Shown here: positions 8,942 to 18,595 of the stretch, in pieces | Layout of the letters: each line of letters begins with the position of its first letter | Numbering within the stretch: the first letter of the stretch is position 1 | Source: an uncultured Rhodopirellula sp. | Lineage (GTDB): Bacteria; Planctomycetota; Planctomycetia; Pirellulales; Pirellulaceae | Direction of reading: 5' to 3' | Length of the DNA: 38,037 nt | Assembly (NCBI GenBank): GCA_964007735.1 | Contig: CAXGAI010000043.1 | Location: 1-38,037 of the forward strand | Translations under genes and position numbers: made by a program | Notes under the pieces: model-generated | What the model was told of the DNA's origin: nothing | Database searches by the model: none | Seen by the model: only the letters and a program-made list of their open reading frames with translations

Positions 8942-9940
8942 ATGCATATTCGATGGCGAATGCTTGAGCTACCAAGTGTTGTTGAGTGCGATAAATCAAC
9001 GTTGAGCGAAACATACGGTAAATTTACCGCTGAGCCTTTTGAACGCGGATTTGGTGTTACTATTGGTAACAGCCTGCGACGAATCCTGCTTTCAAGTCTG
9101 ATCGGAAGTGCTGTTACCCAAATTAAAATCCAGGGTGCACAACACGAATTCACTTCCATACCTGGCGTTGTAGAGGATGTCACCGACATTCTCCTGAACG
9201 TTAAGGCCCTCTGTATCAAGAATCACTCTGAAAGCCTCAAAGTGATCACGATTGAAAAAAATACTGCTGGTGCAATTACTGGTAGCGATATCGTGACTGA
9301 TGCAGATGTTGAAATCATCAATGGTGATCACGTAATTGCGACGCTCACCGAAGACGTTCCTTTTATGATGGAAATGGTCGTAGAGAACGGACGTGGTTAC
9401 GACCCAGCTTCAGAACGAGAAAACAGTGAAAACGAAATTGGAATTATTCCAATCGACGCTGTATACAGTCCTATCACTCGCGTTCGTTATCACGTAGAAG
9501 AAACCCGCGTTGGACAAAAAACTAACTACGACAAACTAACGATGGAACTCTGGACGGATGGGACAGTCAATCCGGAAATGGCGCTTGTTGAAGCGGCCAA
9601 AATCCTTCGTAAACACCTTAATCCCTTCGTTCAGTATTCTGAACTTGGTGGACAGGTACACGCAGCTGATCGCTCTGCTCGCAGTCCGGAAGATATCGAA
9701 CTTGACGCCAAGCTAAACATGCCTTTGGCTTCTCTCCAGCTGTCGGTGAGAGCCAACAACTGTCTGGAATCAGAACAAATCCTTAATGTTCGTGATCTCG
9801 TTCAGCAGACCGAAGACGGTTTGCTGGAAGTTCGTAACTTTGGGGAAACAACACTGGTTGAAGTTCGTGCCAAACTTGGTGAAATGGGTCTACACTTGGG
9901 AATGCGAGTTCCACCACAGCCTCCTCAATCTACTTTTTAA
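8942..9940 (+). CDS. rpoA: DNA-directed RNA polymerase subunit alpha
   Basis: [34 protein letters not shown], alpha-[12 protein letters not shown]...RNFG. Confidence 0.99.
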   Translation: MHIRWRMLELPSVVECDKSTLSETYGKFTAEPFERGFGVTIGNSLRRILLSSLIGSAVTQIKIQGAQHEFTSIPGVVEDVTDILLNVKALCIKNHSESLKVITIEKNTAGAITGSDIVTDADVEIINGDHVIATLTEDVPFMMEMVVENGRGYDPASERENSENEIGIIPIDAVYSPITRVRYHVEETRVGQKTNYDKLTMELWTDGTVNPEMALVEAAKILRKHLNPFVQYSELGGQVHAADRSARSPEDIELDAKLNMPLASLQLSVRANNCLESEQILNVRDLVQQTEDGLLEVRNFGETTLVEVRAKLGEMGLHLGMRVPPQPPQSTF

Positions 9941-9984
9941 TTAATCATCCCACTGGGTATAAAGAATACAGGTTTAAGAGAACC

Positions 9985-10863
9985 ATGCGACACCGACGTC
10001 GAGGCCGACAACTTGGCCGTACATCACCTCATCGTAAAGCAATGATGCGAAACATGGCTAGCAGTCTGTTCCTGACTGAACGGAGTGAACTGGCAAACGA
10101 AATTCATGGAAATACTCCACGAGTTCGTCGCCGAATCGTTACCACGATTCAAAAGGCTAAAGAAGTGCGTTCGATTGTTGAAAAATGCATCACGCTGGCT
10201 CGTAAAGTTCAGCCTTGCTACGATCAAGCAGCAGCATTATTACCAGAGAATCTTCAGGGTGACAATTTTGACAAACAGAGCTCTGCTTATAAAACATGGC
10301 GTCAAAGCCCTGATTGGCAGGAGTGGGCTGAAGCTCGTGCTCCTATCGTTAATGCGCAACGTAAAGCGCTTCAAATGCTAGGTAATCGCGAAGCTGTCGA
10401 TATTCTATTCAACGATATCGCCCCTGCTTTGATCGAAGAAAACGCGGAACGTGTTAGTGGCTTCACTCGCATCCTGAAAATTGCTAAACCACGGCTTGGG
10501 GATAATGGCACCCAGGCAATCCTTGAGATCGTCGGTGAATCTAATAATCGTGACACGTCAGGTTCTGCGGCACCTCAGGCACCAGTCATTGAAGATGAGC
10601 AAGATGCAGAAGACCTTGCCGTCGAGGATACCTCAGAAGAAACAGCCGACGAGGGCGGTGAAGAAGGCTCAGAAGAAACTGGTGACGACGAAATAGAAGC
10701 AGAAGCCAGTGATGATACTGAACAAGAGGACAACGAAGAATCAGAAGTTGCCGAAGCCAGCGATGAAGCTGAAGAAGCTGAAGCTGATGCTGAGGCAACC
10801 GACGATGCCCCAGACGCTGAAGAAGTTAGCGAGGCAAGCGAAGAAGAAAATGAAGAAGAGTAA
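9985..10863 (+). CDS. rplQ: 50S ribosomal protein L17 with internal insertions and ~100-aa acidic tail
   Basis: MRHRRRGRQLGRTSPHRKAMMRNM, IVTTIQKAKEVR..VEKCITLA, GFTRILK...RLGDNG; follows rpoA. Confidence 0.97.
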   Translation: MRHRRRGRQLGRTSPHRKAMMRNMASSLFLTERSELANEIHGNTPRVRRRIVTTIQKAKEVRSIVEKCITLARKVQPCYDQAAALLPENLQGDNFDKQSSAYKTWRQSPDWQEWAEARAPIVNAQRKALQMLGNREAVDILFNDIAPALIEENAERVSGFTRILKIAKPRLGDNGTQAILEIVGESNNRDTSGSAAPQAPVIEDEQDAEDLAVEDTSEETADEGGEEGSEETGDDEIEAEASDDTEQEDNEESEVAEASDEAEEAEADAEATDDAPDAEEVSEASEEENEEE

Positions 10864-10900
10864 AACTCAAATTCAACCTCTCCTTTGACAACTGTAAAAC

Positions 10901-10942
10901 ACAAGAGGCCCTTTGTAAAACTGCAAAGGGCCTTTGTTATTT
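10901..10942. terminator. Intrinsic terminator, probably bidirectional, ending the ribosomal cluster
   Basis: AGGCCCTTTG (10906-10915) / CAAAGGGCCT (10924-10933) perfect 10-bp stem followed by TTGTTATTT; lies between convergent genes. Confidence 0.8.
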
Positions 10943-10967
10943 CGATCCTTTCAAATCCTCAATTTGA

Positions 10968-11624
10968 TTAGCCTGCACGCCTAATCGGGATAAGTTTCGG
11001 CTGCGGCACCTTCACCCCGATAATTTTCCCGTATTGTTCCTGCAATGCTGCGAATTTAAATCGGAGGAAGCCATACAAATATTCTGGTGCCCCCATTTGC
11101 AACCACTCCTGAGCGAATTTCAGCATTTGACGATCATATTCCTTTTCACTCGAAGTATGCACGTAGCATCTTCCGGAATGGCGGCGAATATCCCCGTTAA
11201 AATCGGAACTAATGTGCCACAACTCATGAAAAATTGTTGTTAACTTCTCTTCCAACGGTTCGTTCTGAAATCGTGGTAAATAAAATTTCAGAATATATAA
11301 CATCTCGACACCCTTGGCATCAAAGAGCCTTTGCGCGCAATATATTCGGCCACGACGCTCCTCTTGCATCGCCCCGTTTTCAAATCTCATGGGAGTCAAT
11401 GACGCATGAATACCGTGGCGCACTCCTTTACGGGTCTGCGAAAATGCAACTGCGACTCGGGACATATCAATATGACGCATACGCGGATGGCGAGTGCAGA
11501 TATCCTCGCACAGTCGGCGCATCTTATCGGTAAAATCAAATCCGGCTGGCACATACTGACCTGTCAACGGATCTTGACGCCGATTGCTGAAACGCTTGCT
11601 ACCTGTTTTGCCTGATGGTTTCAT
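10968..11624 (-). CDS. Putative zinc metallopeptidase (HExxH), cytoplasmic
   Basis: EEKLTTIFHELWHIS..FNGDIRRH; resembles the COG4900 / phage-metallopeptidase-like family from memory; no signal peptide. Confidence 0.7.
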   Translation of the reverse strand: MKPSGKTGSKRFSNRRQDPLTGQYVPAGFDFTDKMRRLCEDICTRHPRMRHIDMSRVAVAFSQTRKGVRHGIHASLTPMRFENGAMQEERRGRIYCAQRLFDAKGVEMLYILKFYLPRFQNEPLEEKLTTIFHELWHISSDFNGDIRRHSGRCYVHTSSEKEYDRQMLKFAQEWLQMGAPEYLYGFLRFKFAALQEQYGKIIGVKVPQPKLIPIRRAG

Positions 11625-11810
11625 AAGAAAAGCAGAACGTATTTCTAAAGACCTGATTTAATCTCTGTTATCTGTCGGAACACTAATGAACATCGACCGC
11701 TCACAGAGTGATATTGATTCTATGCGCTGAAAAGGGTTACCCTTTTTTGCTGGCTCAACAGTTACTATGTCACTATACCTATTACCGTCTTCTCAAGGAT
11801 AGCCATCTTA

Positions 11811-12677
11811 ATGATTCCGCAGCTCAAATTATCTCTGCTGCTTGCGATCACATGTTTGCTTACCGGCTGTCATGTCATGAAGACACCTGAATGGAAACTT
11901 GAAGAAGCTGTCGATGACTCGCCACTCGCCACGCCAAAGCTCGCTAACGATTCCGTAGTAATTGAAATCGCCTTTATCCGTGTACCGGCGGAAAATAAGC
12001 AACAAATGATGTTAGTTTGGGATGATATCGATGAAACTCATATCTCCACGAAACTCCGCACAAAGCTGCGTGAAAATGGAATTCGCTGCGGTAAGTTGCC
12101 GAATGCAATCCCCACCTCTTTTGAAACGCTTCTCAGTGGGGATAAAAACATCACCGACCCAAATGCTCAATCGGGAAGTCTAAACTTAAATCTAGGACTT
12201 CGTAATCGTCGATTACAGTGTAGTGCCGGTAGCGAAAATCATGTCGTTCTTAGTGACTCGGTCATCGACAATCTGGTGATTATTCATTCCGAAGAAGAAT
12301 ATACGACTGCCGAAAAATTCCAGCAGGCTCAATGTCAATTCGAGTTTCGAACGTATCCACAGGGAAATGGAGCTGTGCGTTTGGAAGTGGTACCACAAAT
12401 TCACCACGGAGCGGCTAAATCTCAGTTCAAAGGACACGAGGGAGCCTGGCTACTTAAGACTCAACGTAATATACAGGAATATACTGACTTACTGATTGAT
12501 ACCACGCTGCTCCCTGGGGAATCACTATTGTTAAGCTGCTCTGAACTGGCTCATGGCCTAGGTGGTCATTTTTTTTCCGACAATGATGACCAGGCAGAAG
12601 TGCAACACATGCTACGATTACGCGTACTGCATACGCAATATAACGATCTCTTCCAACAGCATACTGAGCTTCCATAA
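11811..12677 (+). CDS. Uncharacterised lipoprotein, possibly secretin-core-like
   Basis: Hydrophobic signal ending in lipobox LTGC; beta-rich body; see findings. Confidence 0.65.
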   Translation: MIPQLKLSLLLAITCLLTGCHVMKTPEWKLEEAVDDSPLATPKLANDSVVIEIAFIRVPAENKQQMMLVWDDIDETHISTKLRTKLRENGIRCGKLPNAIPTSFETLLSGDKNITDPNAQSGSLNLNLGLRNRRLQCSAGSENHVVLSDSVIDNLVIIHSEEEYTTAEKFQQAQCQFEFRTYPQGNGAVRLEVVPQIHHGAAKSQFKGHEGAWLLKTQRNIQEYTDLLIDTTLLPGESLLLSCSELAHGLGGHFFSDNDDQAEVQHMLRLRVLHTQYNDLFQQHTELP

Positions 12678-12908
12678 AAAACTGGATCACATCTACACAG
12701 ACCAATGGATTCACACAGGATAAGCGGGTTATCTGTGCCGATTTTGAAGGTTTAATCTCAATACCCCCTTTTTCATATGGGGAAGTCACTGAATAATAAG
12801 AACTCACCGATCTTTTACAGTAAATACTTCGAAAATCTCAATAACCGCTTTGCCAGAACATCCCATCAATGAGATCTGCAAAGCCCCCATAAATCAAGGA
12901 GTAATTGA

Positions 12909-13919
12909 ATGGCACTCGTTCCTCTACGTGTAGTTTTGGATCACGCAGCAGAAAATGACTACGGCGTTGCTGCGTTTAATGTTAACAACATGGAACAGAT
13001 CCAATCCATCATGGAAGCAGCTGAAGAAACCGATTCACCTGTCATCGTACAGGCTTCCCGCGGTGCTCGTGCCTATTCTCAGGATACCTATCTGCGTAAC
13101 CTAATGCAGGCCGCTGCTGAACTGTACCCGCACATTCCAATCGTGATGCATCAGGACCATGGCAACAGTGTTGAAACCTGTGCCAGTGCTATCGAAAACG
13201 GATTCACTTCAGTGATGATGGACGGTTCGCTCGAAGCAGATGGTAAAACTCCCGCTAGCTATGACTACAACGTGGATATTACTCGTCAGGTTGTCGAACT
13301 CGCTCACGCTAAGGGAGTCAGTGTTGAGGGTGAACTGGGCTGCCTCGGTTCTCTTGAAACTGGTATGGGTGAAGCAGAGGATGGTCACGGTGCTGAAGGT
13401 GTTCTTTCTCATGATCAGCTGCTGACTGATCCTGATGAAGCTGCTCAGTTCGTTGAAGCCACCGGTGTTGATGCCTTGGCTGTTGCGATCGGTACAAGCC
13501 ACGGCGCTTACAAATTCACAAAGGCTCCAACCGGTGATGTGCTAGCTATGGATCGCATCGAAGCAATTCATGCCAAGCTTCCAAATACTCACTTAGTAAT
13601 GCATGGTAGTTCTTCTGTTCCACAGGAATTACAAGACATTATCAATGAGTTTGGTGGAAACATCAAACAAACCTATGGGGTCCCTGTCGAAGAAATTCAA
13701 CGAGGCATCCGTTCTGGAGTCCGCAAGATCAATGTAGATACAGATAATCGTCTGGCAATTACTGGCGCAATCCGTAAGGTTCTGACCGAAAAACCTGCTG
13801 AGTTTGACCCTCGTGCCTACCTAAAGCCTGCTCGTGCCGCTATGAAACAGGTTTGTGTTGACCGTATGGTTGCATTTGGTCAAGCCGGCAACGCTGCTGA
13901 CTTGCGAAGTAAGCTCTAA
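12909..13919 (+). CDS. fba: Fructose-bisphosphate aldolase class II
   Basis: [65 protein letters not shown]. Confidence 0.97.
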   Translation: MALVPLRVVLDHAAENDYGVAAFNVNNMEQIQSIMEAAEETDSPVIVQASRGARAYSQDTYLRNLMQAAAELYPHIPIVMHQDHGNSVETCASAIENGFTSVMMDGSLEADGKTPASYDYNVDITRQVVELAHAKGVSVEGELGCLGSLETGMGEAEDGHGAEGVLSHDQLLTDPDEAAQFVEATGVDALAVAIGTSHGAYKFTKAPTGDVLAMDRIEAIHAKLPNTHLVMHGSSSVPQELQDIINEFGGNIKQTYGVPVEEIQRGIRSGVRKINVDTDNRLAITGAIRKVLTEKPAEFDPRAYLKPARAAMKQVCVDRMVAFGQAGNAADLRSKL

Positions 13920-14080
13920 ACAACCTGAATAGCTGGATACCACGGGCTGAATCACGATTGCCCTGCGAGGCTAAACTGCGTTAGAATCTGCTTTCAGTTT
14001 AGAAGAGATGCTGCGCACCTCAATAATGGGTTGTTCAGCCCATTAAAGCTCGCCAAAACACCAGTCATGGAAGACTGATT

Positions 14081-15148
14081 GTGAGTTCAGAATTAACAAA
14101 ACCCGAACCATTTCCTAGTTCTCTAGGGCCGTTTGAACAACTGCGCCTAGCACGAGAAATTATCTCGACAGAAGCCAATGCTCTTACAAATTTAGCCGGC
14201 AATCTCCCCAAAACATTTGTGGAGGCTGTAACGGCTGTCAGCCAGTGTCAGGGCAACCTAATCGTCATTGGTATGGGTAAAGCGGGACTGATTGGCCAAA
14301 AGCTAGTAGCCACTTTTGCTTCGACGGGTACGCCAGCCCACTTTCTCCACCCAGCAGAAGCCGTTCACGGAGACTTGGGACGAGTACAATCGCGTGATGT
14401 TGTTTTGCTAATGTCGTACAGTGGTGAAACCGAAGAAGTTACCAGACTTCTTTCATCTCTGGCTGAACTGAATGTCACAACTATTGCAATGACGTCTACA
14501 TCAACAAGTACCCTAGCATCCCAATCTCATATCGTTTTGGAACTTGGAGAAATGACGGAAGCTGGAACACTTCAACTTGCCCCAAGTACAAGTACCACTG
14601 TCATGTTAGCTCTTGGTGATGCCCTGGCACTGGTTGTCAGTAAGCTAAGATGTTTCACATCGCTCGACTTCGCACGCTTTCATCCGGCTGGATCACTTGG
14701 CAGAAAACTAGCTCGCGTTTCCGAATGCATGCGTCCGCTAAGGCAATGCCGGGTCGCTCATCAGGATCGCACCATTCGAGAAGTGTTTATTGAAAGCCAG
14801 CTTCCAGGTCGACGGACCGGAGCAGTGATGCTGATCGATGACAATCAATGTCTAACAGGCCTCTTCACCGATAGCGATCTCGCTCGGTTGCTCGAACAAA
14901 ACAAAGAGTCTTGTTTTGACACCGCGATTTGTCTTTCCATGACGAGTGATCCGATTTGCGTTCAGAGTCATCAAATGCTGACCGATGCCGTAGAGATTCT
15001 TGCTCAACGCCGAATCAGTGAATTACCTGTTGTTAACGAATCACATCAGCCTGTCGGTATGATTGATATTACAGATACCGTCGCTCTACTCCCTGCCAGT
15101 GAATCCGAGACAGACTCCACTATTCCATTTCCAAACATTCAGGCCTGA
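14081..15148 (+). CDS. kdsD: KpsF/GutQ family arabinose-5-phosphate isomerase (SIS + 2 CBS)
   Basis: GMGKAGLIGQK, STGTPAHFLHPAEAVHGDLG, SYSGETEE, APSTSTT, FARFHPAGSLG, CBS pair. Confidence 0.93.
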   Translation: MSSELTKPEPFPSSLGPFEQLRLAREIISTEANALTNLAGNLPKTFVEAVTAVSQCQGNLIVIGMGKAGLIGQKLVATFASTGTPAHFLHPAEAVHGDLGRVQSRDVVLLMSYSGETEEVTRLLSSLAELNVTTIAMTSTSTSTLASQSHIVLELGEMTEAGTLQLAPSTSTTVMLALGDALALVVSKLRCFTSLDFARFHPAGSLGRKLARVSECMRPLRQCRVAHQDRTIREVFIESQLPGRRTGAVMLIDDNQCLTGLFTDSDLARLLEQNKESCFDTAICLSMTSDPICVQSHQMLTDAVEILAQRRISELPVVNESHQPVGMIDITDTVALLPASESETDSTIPFPNIQA

Positions 15149-15157
15149 TAAACACGA

Positions 15158-15682
15158 ATGTCCGAATCTACCAGTTTTGAAAAGATAAAACTCATTCTTT
15201 CAGACGTCGATGGCGTACTAACTGATGGTGGTATCTCGTTTGATAATAACGGAATTGAATCAAAGAAATTCCATATCAAAGATGGGCTGGGAATCAAAAT
15301 GTGGCAGCGAGCAGGTTTCCAATTTGGAATTTTAACGGCCAGAACTTCCCACATTGTTAAAGTTCGTAGCGCAGAATTAGGTATCGATATTGTGCGTCAA
15401 GGGTTTGAAGCTAAGCTTCCTACAGCAGAAAACCTAGCTAAAGCTATGAACCTCGGATTAGATGAAATCTGTTATATCGGCGACGATCTGACTGACTTAC
15501 CTGTTATCCGCTCAGTCGGACTGGGGGTCGCTGTATCTGATGCCGCACCCGAATTATTAGGAACTGCCGATCTGGTCACCGAAAAAGCCGGTGGGCATGG
15601 CGCAGTTCGGGAATTAATCGAGCAAATCCTCCGATCCACAGGACGATGGGACGACTTGGTTCAACAATACTATTCGAATTAA
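15158..15682 (+). CDS. kdsC: KDO 8-phosphate phosphatase (HAD)
   Basis: DVDGVLTDG, FHIKDGLGI, YIGDDLTDLP, GGHGAVRELIE; 9 bp after kdsD. Confidence 0.95.
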   Translation: MSESTSFEKIKLILSDVDGVLTDGGISFDNNGIESKKFHIKDGLGIKMWQRAGFQFGILTARTSHIVKVRSAELGIDIVRQGFEAKLPTAENLAKAMNLGLDEICYIGDDLTDLPVIRSVGLGVAVSDAAPELLGTADLVTEKAGGHGAVRELIEQILRSTGRWDDLVQQYYSN

Positions 15683-15700
15683 AAAAACCGTAGGACGATA

Positions 15701-18595
15701 ATGCTTAAACGCCTTCTAAGTACGACTGGCTGCTTCGCAATTGTTTTGATTGCCTACACCGTCTATGCATTGGCAGCTGCGCCGAGAATTGAACCGGTCT
15801 ACAATGTCAGAGATCATGCGAATCAAAAAAGTTCTGCTCTCTACTGGGAATCGGCGCCTTCCCAAAATCGTCAACAATTGAGCAACCTATTTAAAGCCGG
15901 TTCCTGGCAACTGGCGTCGCCCAAGATAATTGAGTGGCCTCAAGGAGTGCTTTTGTTCCAGGACTATGAGCAGGCCGACAATGAACTGGTTATTAAACCT
16001 TGCACTTGTGTCCTCTTCCAGTCTGGAGAAAAAGACCAGCGTTTAATCACTATGCACGCTCCAAGCGGGGCGGTAATCTCGCAAGATGCTCTTTCGAGCA
16101 ACAAACAAGATGCCGATTTCTCCGGCCGGCTAATTGGCGATGTCGTAATCCATAGCGCCGAGACGTTTCCCGGAGCAAACGATGCCATTCACTTCGTCAC
16201 CAGAAACGTCCAGTTTGAAAAAAATAGAATCTGGACAACCCACGATGTTGAATTTGAATATTCCGGGCATCATGGTAAAGGTCGCGACTTAATCATTACT
16301 CTGGGGGAACAAGAAAAATCCCGCACCAGAGTCGAGAATCCGACGTTGTTCTCACGACTTGATTCGGTTGAACTAATCCATGTAGATCAGTTGGTATTAC
16401 AAATGGAAAAGAAATTACTTCCAAATATCATGCCTGCTGATACAAGAGCCCTCTCGGATCTTTCAAAGAATAAATCATCCGAGATGATCATTGAATGTGA
16501 TGGAACATTTCGAATCGATATCGCTAATTACCGGATGTCTATCGAAGATAATGTTCAGGTTGCTTTTCAAGAAGGTGGGCTGGTGGATGACACTATGGTC
16601 TGTGACAAGCTACACGTCACATTTAGCCCACCCTATTCCTCAGAACCCAACTCTGACAACCCACTGCTCGACACTTCGACTCAAATTAATCCGCAAAGTA
16701 TCATCGCAGACGGTAACCCTGTCCTGATTCAATCGAAAACAAAGGCTCTACTGATCAAAGGGCAGGGAGTTGCGATCGATTTGGAAAAACTTAGTTTCTC
16801 CATTCAGGATTCCGTAGAAAGTACGATTCAATTCGAAGACTTCCATATTAAGGTACCCAAGCTCTTATACACATTTGCAGACGACCCCGGACGATTGGGG
16901 ACTTATCAAGCGGAAGGTGCTGGTGAGTTACGAATGAAACCGAGTACCAACAACCCAACTAATAAAGAGTTCTTAGTGCAATGGAAAGCCCAAAGTGCTT
17001 TGACGGTAAACGAAAAACAAGAAAAGATACTCGAGCTCGATAAAGACGCTCGAATCCAACTATCGGAAACCGAGTCTATCGCTAGTGATCGACTGCACAT
17101 TTGGCTCGAAGAAATCGAATCTCCTGCACGGCAAAATACAAACGCACCCCAGTATGAGATTTCACCCTACAAACTTGCTGCTCAAGGCCATGTGGAAATT
17201 GAATTGCCCGAATTGCAGGCAAAATCTCAGCAGGCTCATATGTGGATCACCCGCGACACAAAAGACAATGGGGAGATCACCTCTAATCCCGTAAATTTAT
17301 CTACGCCTATCGATCTGCTTGAAGACTCCAACAAATCGCCGAACCCGTCTCAGCTCAAAAGGTACATCGTGCAGGGAGAACTCCTGCAACTCGACTTGCG
17401 ACAAACAACAGATGGCATTCAAGTCAACGGGGCTATGATGGAGGGCGACCTTTCCTTTCATCAGGAACCGATGCTAGGACAATCTCGTTCACCACTGGTA
17501 CTACATGGTGAACGTATTAAGTTATCACGGGGACTGACCGGTCTGGCTGAATTAAGGATTGATGGAAAAGAGCGACAGGGGCAACCCGCCTGGATTTCTT
17601 ACGAAGGGTTCCAGTTATCGGGAAATACCATCCAGCTCAATCAACAAATGAATCTGGTTTGGATTCAGGGTGAGGGAGAACTGGTCTATCTTGCTACGGA
17701 TGATCCGAAACCTGAGAATGCCAAACGGATCACGTGGGATGAGCAAATGGCGTTTACTGGATCCAAGATTCAGTTGTTCGGAAATGTACAATCCCGCTTT
17801 CGCATGCAAACAGAATCTGCCGATCTTGAAGAGGTTGATTTATCATGTAAAGCGCTTGAATTATATCTTAACCAGCGTCTAAACTTCCAAGATCCACAAC
17901 TCAACTCTCCCGTACACATCCGCGAGTTTAAAGCGGTCAATGGTGTCAAGCTAAACCGACGAACCATTGACAGGAATAAACAACACAAAAATCTACAGAA
18001 TCTCGCTGTCGAAAGTCTTAGTTACTATCCAATGGAAAATCGAATTGCAGCATTTGGGCAGGGAATCATTCGTCACACATCCTTGACAGACGGGAGTCTA
18101 CCCACCATCAGCAAACCTATCGACAATGGTTCCAAGATCCAAAGCCTTGCCGTTGAATTTAATGAAGGGCTAACAGGGAACTTAGCTAAACTCAATTTAA
18201 CCTTTAAGGGAAAGGTTCAGGCACTAATGAGTCCCGTGCCACGCTGGGATAGCGTTATAACTTCTGAAGCGGTTCAAGAAGCAAAAGGTGTCGAACTCAA
18301 TTGCAATGCCCTTTCAATTGCTGACGTCAGTCAGACAGAAATAGCATCCTATGTCCTTTCAGCGACCGGAAATACCTATGTTTTTTGGGCTGACTATACG
18401 GCGTTGGCGCATCGGGTTTCCTTTTCACAACTGAAAAATCACATTGTGATGGAAGGTGGACGTGGGGAAGCCAGACTTTGGCTCAACACAAATAAAACAC
18501 CGACACCCAATGCCGCCGCTAGAAAGATTATCTATGATCTGAAGACCGGTAAAGTCGACGTACACTCACCAAGTCTCCTAGACTCCGGGCAATAA
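15701..18595 (+). CDS. Large membrane-anchored protein, putative OstA/LptC/LptA-like repeat protein
   Basis: 964-aa ORF, single N-terminal hydrophobic helix, repeated short amphipathic beta-strand motifs, 18 bp after kdsC. Confidence 0.6.
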   Translation: MLKRLLSTTGCFAIVLIAYTVYALAAAPRIEPVYNVRDHANQKSSALYWESAPSQNRQQLSNLFKAGSWQLASPKIIEWPQGVLLFQDYEQADNELVIKPCTCVLFQSGEKDQRLITMHAPSGAVISQDALSSNKQDADFSGRLIGDVVIHSAETFPGANDAIHFVTRNVQFEKNRIWTTHDVEFEYSGHHGKGRDLIITLGEQEKSRTRVENPTLFSRLDSVELIHVDQLVLQMEKKLLPNIMPADTRALSDLSKNKSSEMIIECDGTFRIDIANYRMSIEDNVQVAFQEGGLVDDTMVCDKLHVTFSPPYSSEPNSDNPLLDTSTQINPQSIIADGNPVLIQSKTKALLIKGQGVAIDLEKLSFSIQDSVESTIQFEDFHIKVPKLLYTFADDPGRLGTYQAEGAGELRMKPSTNNPTNKEFLVQWKAQSALTVNEKQEKILELDKDARIQLSETESIASDRLHIWLEEIESPARQNTNAPQYEISPYKLAAQGHVEIELPELQAKSQQAHMWITRDTKDNGEITSNPVNLSTPIDLLEDSNKSPNPSQLKRYIVQGELLQLDLRQTTDGIQVNGAMMEGDLSFHQEPMLGQSRSPLVLHGERIKLSRGLTGLAELRIDGKERQGQPAWISYEGFQLSGNTIQLNQQMNLVWIQGEGELVYLATDDPKPENAKRITWDEQMAFTGSKIQLFGNVQSRFRMQTESADLEEVDLSCKALELYLNQRLNFQDPQLNSPVHIREFKAVNGVKLNRRTIDRNKQHKNLQNLAVESLSYYPMENRIAAFGQGIIRHTSLTDGSLPTISKPIDNGSKIQSLAVEFNEGLTGNLAKLNLTFKGKVQALMSPVPRWDSVITSEAVQEAKGVELNCNALSIADVSQTEIASYVLSATGNTYVFWADYTALAHRVSFSQLKNHIVMEGGRGEARLWLNTNKTPTPNAAARKIIYDLKTGKVDVHSPSLLDSGQ

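Noticed and set aside
10575..10904. Ser-rich minus-strand ORF
   Set aside because: Reverse complement of the acidic L17 tail.
10968..11624. Prophage remnant suggested by the phage-like peptidase
   Set aside because: No integrase, structural genes or att-like repeats in the window.
12909..13919. fba as evidence for a Calvin cycle
   Set aside because: It resembles the CbbA-type subfamily, but that subfamily is common in heterotrophs and no RuBisCO or PRK gene is present here.
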